From: an uncultured Candidatus Planktophila sp. | Lineage (GTDB): Bacteria; Actinomycetota; Actinomycetes; Nanopelagicales; Nanopelagicaceae | Direction: 5' to 3' | Length of the DNA: 45,036 nucleotides | Assembly: GCA_964562535.1 (NCBI GenBank) | Contig: CAZLTK010000001.1 | Location: forward strand, 38,747 to 83,782 | In this document: piece by piece, positions 30,952 through 39,009 of the stretch | Layout of the letters: each line of letters opens with the position of its first letter | How positions within the stretch are numbered: position 1 is the stretch's first letter | Notes under the pieces: generated by a model | Database searches by the model: none | Seen by the model: the letters and a program-made list of their open reading frames with translations, nothing else | What the model was told of the DNA's origin: nothing | Translations under genes and position numbers: made by a program

Positions 30952-31853
30952 TTGTTCGCCTCCTCTGTCTTATTTACATAGATTAGATATGGAATAACTG
31001 CTACCGCGATCATCAAGAGAATGACAATCGCAATCGCAGCGCCCTTGGCATAGTTCTGGAAGTCGAAGATAACTTGCCACATATAGATAGCAAGTACCTT
31101 GGTGACATAACTCTTGGTTGCGATACCGAAGATCAGATCGAATACCTTCATCGAGATATGGCCCAAGATAATCAAAACTGTTAGGAATGTTGGTGAAAGC
31201 TGTGGGAACAGGATGTGGCGATAGATCTTATATTCGCTAGCGCCATCTACACGTGCTGCTTCGCGAAGGTCATCCGGAATTCCGCGGAAACCTGCTAAGA
31301 AGAGCGCCATTACATAACCAGACATCTGCCATATCGCTGGCAGGGACATAGCAAACATTGAACCAGCTTCTGATGTGTACCAGTCGCTCTGTAGTGAAGC
31401 TAGTCCAACTTTCTGCAGAAGATAATTGAGTCCGGTTGCATCAGCATCGCGCGCTGAGTCCATCAACCAGCGCCAGGAAGTTCCCATCGCAATAAATGAG
31501 ATCGCCATTGGGTAAAGGTAGGTAGAGCGGAAGAAGCCTTCGCCCTTGATTCCCTTTTCTAGCAATAAAGACATAATCAAACCGGAGAGTAAACATCCGA
31601 TCATGAAGACCACGGTAAATTTCAAAAGATTAGAGAGAGCGTGGGTGAACTCGGGATCTTGCCAGAGTTCAGCATAGTTAGTTAAGCCGACATAAAAGAC
31701 ATCTTCTGTATATGAGTTGGTGCGATTCATCAATGACTCGCGAACTGTGTAACCAATCATTCCGTATACGAAAACCGCCATCGCAATAATTGATGGGAGA
31801 ACGAAAAAGAATCCGCCCCAAGGGCTATGGACTCGATTTTTCTTTACTTTCAC
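30948..31853 (-). CDS. carbohydrate ABC transporter permease (MalF-like)
   Basis: FFRSTYLYPMA, WQMSGYVMALFLAG, EAARVDGAS, KVFDL. Confidence 0.93.
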   Translation of the reverse strand: MKVKKNRVHSPWGGFFFVLPSIIAMAVFVYGMIGYTVRESLMNRTNSYTEDVFYVGLTNYAELWQDPEFTHALSNLLKFTVVFMIGCLLSGLIMSLLLEKGIKGEGFFRSTYLYPMAISFIAMGTSWRWLMDSARDADATGLNYLLQKVGLASLQSDWYTSEAGSMFAMSLPAIWQMSGYVMALFLAGFRGIPDDLREAARVDGASEYKIYRHILFPQLSPTFLTVLIILGHISMKVFDLIFGIATKSYVTKVLAIYMWQVIFDFQNYAKGAAIAIVILLMIAVAVIPYLIYVNKTEEANK

Positions 31854-31887
31854 TTAGGTGTCGCCTCTCAAAATATCTATTATTTAA

Positions 31888-31940
31888 AAGTGTCGAAGTT
31901 CTGGCGAAACCTTTCGATCCCGCCAGAACTTCGACTACTT
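31888..31940 (-). terminator. intra-operon stem-loop (partial terminator or mRNA stabiliser) after the binding-protein gene
   Basis: 15-bp perfect inverted repeat GTCGAAGTTCTGGCG (31892-31906 / 31921-31935). On the minus strand it extends by G-U pairs to a GAAA tetraloop and is followed by CUUUU. Confidence 0.75.
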
Positions 31941-31969
31941 ATTTACAGCCTTACAGATCAGCTAAGTAA

Positions 31970-33235
31970 TTAGCTGTTCTGGTGTGCCTTTAGAGCTGCA
32001 TCAAGTGCCTTGACGAAGCCCTTCTTATCCTTAGCTCCGCCTGAATAGAAGCGTCCAACTGCTGAGTTGTACGCAGCCATTCCAGCATTGCCCCAGTTAA
32101 CGCCGTGGACAGTTGAACCGACGAGGCGATCCTTCTTCCATGACTTCATTGCTGCCTGGAGGTATGCGTCATATAGCTTTGGATTTGAATCTGTACGAAC
32201 TGCGATTGAACCCTTCTTAGGGTTGAAGGCATCTTGTCCAGCCAAAGATCCGCAGACCTTCAACCAGGCGATACCTGCATCGCGGTTTACAGCGCCCTTA
32301 GGCAATGTAAATGAATCTGAGAGCCACTGGTAGACACCGTTGGTGCCTGGACCTGGAGCCCATGTGTAGTCAACGCCTAGCTTTAGGCCTTCTGACTGCC
32401 ACTGTGATGAAGCCCAGTCACCCATGATGAAGAAGCCGGCTTTACCTGTTGTTACAAGCTTGCCTGCATCTGGCCAGTCAAGTGACTTGCTTGAGTTACC
32501 GTAAGCAAGAATCTTTGCAAGGTAATCAATTGCCTTTGAAACTTCTGGACCGCTCCACTTTGTCTTACCTGTCCATAGACCATTGAACTTATCTGGTCCC
32601 ATTGAAGCAAGTAGTACATAGTCGAATAGGTGAGCAATCGCCCAGTCGCCGTTACCAGCAAGTGCGATTCCGTCAATTCCAACCTTCTTGAACTTCGCCA
32701 TGTCAGCGAGCATTGCATCTAGTGATGCAGGAGCCTTAGTGATTCCAGCCTTCTTTGCAGCTGCTGGGTTCCACCATAGAACGTTTGAACGGTGAATGTT
32801 TACAGGAACTGAGTAGATCTTTCCGTTTGTTGTAAGGGTCTTTACGAGATCCTTAGGGAAAATCTTGTCCCATCCTTCTGACTTGTAAAGGAATGAAAGG
32901 TCTTCAACCTGTCCAGCCTTTACATATGATGAAAGTTCTTCACCAGCATGTGCCTGGAATGTGTCAGGTGGATTTCCAGCTTGCATACGTGATACAAGAA
33001 CACCCTTTGCGTTAACGCCAGCTGCACCTGCAACTGTTGCGTTAATAAATGGTGTCTTTGGATTTAGACGGTTGAACTCAGTTGTCATTCCTTCTAGACC
33101 TGCAGCTTCTCCGCCTGATGCCCACCAGGTAAAGATTTCAAGTTGCTTATCAGTTGCAGCAGATGATGCTGGAGCTGTTGTTACAACTAGTGCAAGTGCA
33201 GCGAAGACAGCTGCTACTTTTGACTTCTTTAGCAT
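31970..33235 (-). CDS. sugar ABC transporter substrate-binding protein, glucose/galactose-binding (GtsA/Thermus GBP-like)
   Basis: LEIFTWW..GGE, INATVAG.AG.NA, R..AGNPPDTFQ.HAG.EL, SVPVNIHRSN, MGDW, AFNPKKGSI, GS..HG. Confidence 0.88.
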   Translation of the reverse strand: MLKKSKVAAVFAALALVVTTAPASSAATDKQLEIFTWWASGGEAAGLEGMTTEFNRLNPKTPFINATVAGAAGVNAKGVLVSRMQAGNPPDTFQAHAGEELSSYVKAGQVEDLSFLYKSEGWDKIFPKDLVKTLTTNGKIYSVPVNIHRSNVLWWNPAAAKKAGITKAPASLDAMLADMAKFKKVGIDGIALAGNGDWAIAHLFDYVLLASMGPDKFNGLWTGKTKWSGPEVSKAIDYLAKILAYGNSSKSLDWPDAGKLVTTGKAGFFIMGDWASSQWQSEGLKLGVDYTWAPGPGTNGVYQWLSDSFTLPKGAVNRDAGIAWLKVCGSLAGQDAFNPKKGSIAVRTDSNPKLYDAYLQAAMKSWKKDRLVGSTVHGVNWGNAGMAAYNSAVGRFYSGGAKDKKGFVKALDAALKAHQNS

Positions 33236-33322
33236 GTAACGCCTTTCTCGATGTAGAGGGATTTCCTACTACGGGATATGTATCACCCTGGATTTTTGGG
33301 GACCAGGAATCTACATATAGGT

Positions 33323-33351
33323 ATCTTTGTTCGGGGCTAAGGGTGAGTCAA
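33323..33351 (-). promoter_or_regulatory. putative sigma-A promoter of the sugar ABC operon
   Basis: TTGACT (33346-33351), 17-nt spacer, AAAGAT (33323-33328); the -10 is imperfect. Confidence 0.45.
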
Positions 33352-33399
33352 CCCAATGTGGCCTTTCGGCGGTAACGTTTAGGTTACAAAGGGCGGGCC

Positions 33400-33423
33400 A
33401 AAACCCCCACCAATCGAGGGGTT
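33400..33423 (-). terminator. putative intrinsic terminator of araA
   Basis: AACCCCT-loop-GGGGGTT followed by TT directly after the stop codon. Confidence 0.5.
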
Positions 33424-34935
33424 CTAGGTCAGCGAGGAGAGCTTGTAATAGGCGCCGTTCCACTTGATTTCCTTATGGAATTCATCGCTGGTCGTTGTGG
33501 CGCTGATGCGCAGGTGCTCGACTGAGGCGATATTGGCGAAGTCATTTAAGGTCTCGACATCCAGGGCGGTGCTTAGGACGGTGTGGTGCGAGCCGCCGGC
33601 ATAGATCCAGGATTCAGCCGATGTGGCAAGCGATGGGGCTGGCTTCCAGACCGCACATGCAACAGGTAACTTCTTTAACTCTTTATCTGGCTTAACAACT
33701 TCGATGTCATTTGAAACGATGCGGAAGCGATCACCAAGATCCATTAAACCAACTACGCGACCTTGTGCAGGAGTTGCGTTAAAAACTAAACGAACTGGAT
33801 CATCTTTTCCACCGATTCCAAGGGGATGAATTTCGCACTTTGGTTTTTGATCTGTAATTGTGGGACAGACTTCGAGCATATGCGCGCCTAAAACTTTTGG
33901 TTCGCCTGGTCCGAAGTGATAGGTGTAATCCTCCATAAATGAAGTTCCACCTTTCAGACCTTCAGTCATGCTCTTAATAATGCGCAGAAGTGCAGATGTT
34001 TTCCAATCGCCTTCTCCGCCGAAGCCATAACCCTTTGACATCATCCGTTGGACTGCTAAACCTGGAAGCTGCTTGAGCGCACCGAGATCTTCGAAGTTCG
34101 TTGTAAATGCAGTGAAGTTCCCGGCTTCTAAGAATCGCTCTAGCGCGATCTCAAGAGATGCCTGATATCGCAGTGAATCGTGGCGCGCTCCACCTTTTTT
34201 AAGTTCGGCGGAGACTTCAAAGATTTTTTCGTACTCGGCAACTAGCGAATCAATTGCACTCTCTTCGACTGCAGCAACCGCATCGACAAGTGCGTTAACT
34301 CCGTATGCCTCAATAGACATGCCTAGTGCGATCTGGGCACTTGTCTTGTCGCCATCGGTAACTGCCACATAACGCATATTGTCGCCAAAGCGTGCCAATT
34401 TAAGATTCTGCGCAGTGTGCCAACCAATAGCAGCGCGCATCCAATGTGCGATGCGAGTTGTGACGTTCTTATCTGAGACGTGTCCGGCAACTACTTTGCG
34501 CGCCATATGTAGACGTGCTTGTACGTGGCCGTGTTCGCGATCGCCATGAGCTGCCTGGTTGAGATTCATGAAATCCATGTCGATGCTTTCCCACGGAAGT
34601 TCAGAATTGGCTTGGGTGTTTAAATGCAGAATTGGAACTTGAAGAGCATTTAAGCCACCGATCCACATCTTGGCGGGTGAAAATGTATGCATCCAAGTAA
34701 TTACACCAATGCAGTTGGGATTAGCAGAAGCTTCTAAACAAAGCGCTTTAATTGCTTCAGGTGTTGTTAGTACTGGCTTCCAAGTCGCTTTAATTGGGAG
34801 ATCACTTGCGGCATTTAGAGTTGCGACCACTTGCTTAGATTGTTCGGCAACTTGGGCCAAAATATCATCGCCGTAGAGTGGCTGGCTTCCTGTGAGAAAC
34901 CAAACTTCTAAACCTTTTTCGCTAAGTGATTTCAT
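33424..34935 (-). CDS. araA: L-arabinose isomerase
   Basis: [65 protein letters not shown]; leaderless -10 TACTAT 7 nt upstream. Confidence 0.96.
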   Translation of the reverse strand: MKSLSEKGLEVWFLTGSQPLYGDDILAQVAEQSKQVVATLNAASDLPIKATWKPVLTTPEAIKALCLEASANPNCIGVITWMHTFSPAKMWIGGLNALQVPILHLNTQANSELPWESIDMDFMNLNQAAHGDREHGHVQARLHMARKVVAGHVSDKNVTTRIAHWMRAAIGWHTAQNLKLARFGDNMRYVAVTDGDKTSAQIALGMSIEAYGVNALVDAVAAVEESAIDSLVAEYEKIFEVSAELKKGGARHDSLRYQASLEIALERFLEAGNFTAFTTNFEDLGALKQLPGLAVQRMMSKGYGFGGEGDWKTSALLRIIKSMTEGLKGGTSFMEDYTYHFGPGEPKVLGAHMLEVCPTITDQKPKCEIHPLGIGGKDDPVRLVFNATPAQGRVVGLMDLGDRFRIVSNDIEVVKPDKELKKLPVACAVWKPAPSLATSAESWIYAGGSHHTVLSTALDVETLNDFANIASVEHLRISATTTSDEFHKEIKWNGAYYKLSSLT

Positions 34936-34956
34936 TCTGCAGATAGTACATGAGCG

Positions 34957-35664
34957 TTAGTTAATGGGAAATAGATCCGTGGCTATCTCAATATCCCCAC
35001 GCAAAATATGTACATTTCCACTTCCATATTTACGCCAATTATCAGTAAGAACTAAGGCGGTATTCTCATCGATTCCCACAAGGGCGGTACCGGCATCTTT
35101 ACGCATAATCGCCGCGGTAACACGATCGGGTAGCCAACCTAAGAATTTATCGTAGTGAGGGATCACTTCGATTTCAGGTAAGAGATTTAACCCAGGACTA
35201 ATGTGCGATCGGCGAATTCCAATAATCTTGCCGCAGAAGGCCATTGCTCCCGCAGAGCAACCAGCTAGCGAAGCTCCTTCACGCCATGCACTAACAATCG
35301 CTTCCCACATAGGAGTGTCTGCAAAAACTTCTGCCAAATGAACTGGGTCTCCCCCAGAAAAGTAAATTAGCCCTGCGCTTTTAATTTCTTCAATCCACTG
35401 CTCGTTGAAGGCATCTTCGCGGCTAAGCACCGGCAAGTATTTAACTTCGCAACCAATGCGTGCGCCTTGATCGGCGCCGCGTCGTCGCCAGAAATCTAAA
35501 CGATCATCGCCTTCTTTCCCAGCGGCGGTAGGAATCTGTATATAAGTATTAGATTTACCGCGAGAAATACCTAAGCGCAGTAGCACTGTTTCGAACAACT
35601 GCGCTTCGGGTAAATATTCTCCAGAACCAACTAGCGCTAGCGCACCTGGTTGGTTAACAGACAT
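34957..35664 (-). CDS. peptidase S51 family protein (cyanophycinase / dipeptidase E-like)
   Basis: LVGSGE, IPTA, SGGD, nucleophile motif GCSAGA, IPHYD, GIDENTA. Confidence 0.82.
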   Translation of the reverse strand: MSVNQPGALALVGSGEYLPEAQLFETVLLRLGISRGKSNTYIQIPTAAGKEGDDRLDFWRRRGADQGARIGCEVKYLPVLSREDAFNEQWIEEIKSAGLIYFSGGDPVHLAEVFADTPMWEAIVSAWREGASLAGCSAGAMAFCGKIIGIRRSHISPGLNLLPEIEVIPHYDKFLGWLPDRVTAAIMRKDAGTALVGIDENTALVLTDNWRKYGSGNVHILRGDIEIATDLFPIN

Positions 35665-35666
35665 CT

Positions 35667-36881
35667 TTATGCCATTGCAACTTTCAAGTTTTCATCAATT
35701 GAATTGAGGAACTCTTGAGTTGTTTGGTAAGGAGCAGTTTTTGAGATTAGCAGCGCAAGATCTTTGGTCATCTTTCCTGATTCAACTGTTTCGATGCAGA
35801 CGCGTTCTAGCGTTGAACAGAACTTCGCAAGCTCAGCGTTGTTATCTAACTTGGCGCGGTGAGCAAGCCCCTGAGTCCAAGCAAAGATTGATGCGATCGG
35901 ATTAGTTGAAGTCGCTTTACCTGCTTGGTGATCGCGGTAGTGGCGAGTAACTGTTCCGTGCGCTGCCTCTGATTCGCAGATCTTTCCATCTGGAGTCATA
36001 AGTACTGAAGTCATCAAACCTAGTGAGCCGTAACCTTGTGCGACGGTATCTGATTGCACATCGCCGTCGTAGTTCTTACATGCCCAGACATATCCGCCTT
36101 CCATACGAAGTGACATAGCGACCATGTCATCGATTAGGCGGTGCTCGTACCAGATTCCAGCCGCATCAAATTGGGACTTGAATTCGGCTTGGTAGATCTC
36201 TTCAAAGATATCTTTAAAGCGACCGTCGTAAGCCTTAAGAATTGTGTTCTTAGTTGAGAGATAAACCGGGAATTTACGAAGTAGTCCGTAGTTAAGTGAG
36301 GCGCGGGCAAAGTCGCGAATTGAATCATCGACGTTGTACATAGCCATCGCTACACCTGAAGATTCGAAGTTGAAGACTTCGGTGTTAATTGGCGCAGATC
36401 CATCTTCTGGAACGAAAGAGATCGTTAGCTTTCCTGGACCTGGAACTTTGAAATCTGTTGCACGGTACTGGTCACCAAATGCGTGACGGCCGATAACGAT
36501 TGGCTTTGTCCAGTGAGGCACCAAACGTGGCACGTTAGAAATAATGATTGGTTCGCGGAAGATAACGCCGCCCAAGATATTGCGGATAGTTCCGTTTGGA
36601 GACTTCCACATCTTCTTCAGGCCGAACTCTTCAACACGAGCCTCGTCAGGAGTAATAGTTGCGCACTTGATGCCGACGCCGTGCTTTTGGATAGCACGGG
36701 CAGAATCGATAGTTACTTGATCATCAGTGGCATCGCGATGTTCCATGCCGAGGTCGTAGTACTCGAGGTTTACATCGAGGTAAGGAAGGATCAAGGAGTC
36801 TTTGATGAACTGCCACATGATGCGGGTCATCTCATCGCCATCTAGCTCGACAACGGTTCCAGTTACTTTGATTTTGCTCAT
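35667..36881 (-). CDS. icd: NADP-dependent isocitrate dehydrogenase (type II)
   Basis: [52 protein letters not shown]. Confidence 0.97.
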   Translation of the reverse strand: MSKIKVTGTVVELDGDEMTRIMWQFIKDSLILPYLDVNLEYYDLGMEHRDATDDQVTIDSARAIQKHGVGIKCATITPDEARVEEFGLKKMWKSPNGTIRNILGGVIFREPIIISNVPRLVPHWTKPIVIGRHAFGDQYRATDFKVPGPGKLTISFVPEDGSAPINTEVFNFESSGVAMAMYNVDDSIRDFARASLNYGLLRKFPVYLSTKNTILKAYDGRFKDIFEEIYQAEFKSQFDAAGIWYEHRLIDDMVAMSLRMEGGYVWACKNYDGDVQSDTVAQGYGSLGLMTSVLMTPDGKICESEAAHGTVTRHYRDHQAGKATSTNPIASIFAWTQGLAHRAKLDNNAELAKFCSTLERVCIETVESGKMTKDLALLISKTAPYQTTQEFLNSIDENLKVAMA

Positions 36882-36893
36882 ATCTTTTCCTTA

Positions 36894-37859
36894 CTAGAGT
36901 GTCTGAACATCTGCTTGCTTGGCGCGGACTGCTTCAGCAGCTTCCTTAAGCCCAACAAGTTCTGAATCGGTGAGTTTAGTTTCTACAACTTTCTTTACGC
37001 CAGAGCGACCGATCTCGGCTTCAACCCCAAGGTAAACGCCAGAGATTCCGTATTCGCCATCTACCCATGCACAAACTGGCATTACTGCGCCGGAATCTTC
37101 AATAACGGCTTTAGCCATGCGAGCTGCTGCAGCAGAAGGTGCGTAGTAAGCAGATCCTGTCTTAAGGAGTGCAACAACTTCTGCGCCACCATTACGAGTG
37201 CGGTCAACAAGTTCGTCGATTTCGGTTTGTGAGAGAAGTTCAGAAAGTGGCTTGCCATCGACGGTGCAACGACTTGGGACTGGGACCATGGTGTCACCAT
37301 GTGATCCAAGAGTTAACGTCTTTACTGAACCAACCGCGACTCCAAGCTTTTCAGCAACAAAGTTTGTAAAGCGCGCAGTGTCGAGCATTCCGGCCTGGCC
37401 CATTACGCGATTTTTTGGAAAGTTTGTAGCGATCTGAGTAAGTGCAGTCATTTCATCGAGTGGATTTGAAACCACGATGATCACTGCATTTGGTGAGTGC
37501 TTTGCAATATTTTCTGCAACTCCGCGAACGATTCCGGCGTTAACACCGATTAAATCCATGCGGCTCATTCCGGGCTTGCGAGGAAGTCCGGCGGTAATTA
37601 CAACGACATCAGAATTTGCAGTTGCTTCATACCCTGCGCCGTCGGCAGTAGTTGTTGCACCGATGATCTTGGTTTCGAATCCTTCGATAGAACGCGATTG
37701 GTTCATATCAAGGGCCAAACCTTCAGGCTTTCCCTCGAGGATATCTGTGAGTACAACGGTTTCGAAGATGTTGTATTCAGCTAGACGAAGGGCAGTTGTT
37801 GAACCGTAGAAACCAGCTCCGACAACGGTGACTTTTCCCGAAATTACTTTGGAAGACAT
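36894..37859 (-). CDS. mdh: malate dehydrogenase (LDH-like)
   Basis: GAGFYG, TAGLPRKPGMSRMDL, VSNPLD, LDTARF, GSHGD, GSAYYAP. Confidence 0.95.
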   Translation of the reverse strand: MSSKVISGKVTVVGAGFYGSTTALRLAEYNIFETVVLTDILEGKPEGLALDMNQSRSIEGFETKIIGATTTADGAGYEATANSDVVVITAGLPRKPGMSRMDLIGVNAGIVRGVAENIAKHSPNAVIIVVSNPLDEMTALTQIATNFPKNRVMGQAGMLDTARFTNFVAEKLGVAVGSVKTLTLGSHGDTMVPVPSRCTVDGKPLSELLSQTEIDELVDRTRNGGAEVVALLKTGSAYYAPSAAAARMAKAVIEDSGAVMPVCAWVDGEYGISGVYLGVEAEIGRSGVKKVVETKLTDSELVGLKEAAEAVRAKQADVQTL

Positions 37860-37890
37860 GTTCGACTCTTTCTCTTGCTTACTCTTTTGA

Positions 37891-37915
37891 TTTCTTGATG
37901 TCGAGAGAAACTCTA
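37891..37915 (-). promoter_or_regulatory. mdh-icd promoter (-10 TAGAGT) with an 18-bp pseudo-palindromic operator
   Basis: TTTCTTGATGTCGAGAGA at 37891-37908, immediately downstream of TAGAGT (minus strand, 37910-37915). Confidence 0.55.
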
Positions 37916-38140
37916 CAACCCGCGAGGAAGTGAGATCGCCAAAGCCAAGAGGGCCAGCGCTATTCCGAGGGCTAAATACCGTTCAACTTTTCCAGTTTTC
38001 CAATGTGCGATCGCAATCACACCCATACCGATGGCGATCGCGATCGAGCCGAGGCGAACAAAGGATGCCACCCCCGCAATAAAGCCAATTCCGATAACCA
38101 GGTATGCCAGGCGCACACCAATTGAACTTATCTCTCGCAT
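37913..38140 (-). CDS. small membrane protein (75 aa; DUF3017-like position after folD)
   Basis: Three hydrophobic segments; overlaps the folD stop; fills the folD-mdh gap. Confidence 0.65.
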   Translation of the reverse strand: MREISSIGVRLAYLVIGIGFIAGVASFVRLGSIAIAIGMGVIAIAHWKTGKVERYLALGIALALLALAISLPRGL

Positions 38141-38970
38141 GCTTCGACCACGTTCTGCAGCAACATCGCGCGCGTCATTGGTCCGACTCCACCAGGCATT
38201 GGTGCAATGAAAGATGCAACTTCCATAACTCCAGGATCAACATCTCCGAGTAAACCAGCAGAAGTTCTAGAGATACCAACATCAACAACAACTGCGCCTT
38301 CTTTAACAGCGCTTGCCTTTAAGAAATGAGCGCTTCCGATTGCTGCGATAACAATGTCGGCGCGCTTAGTGTGTGAAAGCAAATCTTTAGTGCCGGTGTG
38401 AGTCAAGGTTACTGTCGCATTTTCTTGCTTGCGGGTAAGTAGTAACCCAAGTGGGCGCCCAACAGTTAAGCCACGACCGATAACCACAACTTCGGCGCCT
38501 GCGAGTGGAATTTTATAATGGTTGATTAATTCGACGATGCCGCGCGGAGTGCATGGCAGCGGTGCATCAAAACCAGAAACGAGTCGACCTAAGTTAATTG
38601 GATGTAGACCATCAGCATCTTTTGCCGGATCAATAGATTCAAGAATTACTTGAGTGTTTATTCCCTTTGGGAGAGGCAGCTGGACGATGTAACCAGTGCA
38701 TTCTCTAGCATTGTTTAAGTCCTTGATTGCAGCAAGCAGATCGGCTTGCGATGCATCCACCTTTAGATCAACGCGAATAGAGTTGATGCCAACTTCTTGG
38801 CAGTCGCGATGTTTTCCAGCAACATAAGAAATAGAACCTGGATCATCGCCAACTAGAACTGTTCCGAGACCTGGCGCAATCCCATTGGCCTTTAGCGAGG
38901 TTACGCGTGTAGCAAGTTGCCCTTTGATAGTGGCGGCAAGTGCTTTGCCATCAAGGATTGTTGCTGTCAT
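38128..38970 (-). CDS. folD: methylenetetrahydrofolate dehydrogenase/cyclohydrolase
   Basis: [41 protein letters not shown]. Confidence 0.96.
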   Translation of the reverse strand: MTATILDGKALAATIKGQLATRVTSLKANGIAPGLGTVLVGDDPGSISYVAGKHRDCQEVGINSIRVDLKVDASQADLLAAIKDLNNARECTGYIVQLPLPKGINTQVILESIDPAKDADGLHPINLGRLVSGFDAPLPCTPRGIVELINHYKIPLAGAEVVVIGRGLTVGRPLGLLLTRKQENATVTLTHTGTKDLLSHTKRADIVIAAIGSAHFLKASAVKEGAVVVDVGISRTSAGLLGDVDPGVMEVASFIAPMPGGVGPMTRAMLLQNVVEACER

Positions 38971-39009
38971 AACTCCAGATCCTATTCGAGTTAGTTGTGG
39001 CTAGCGAAA

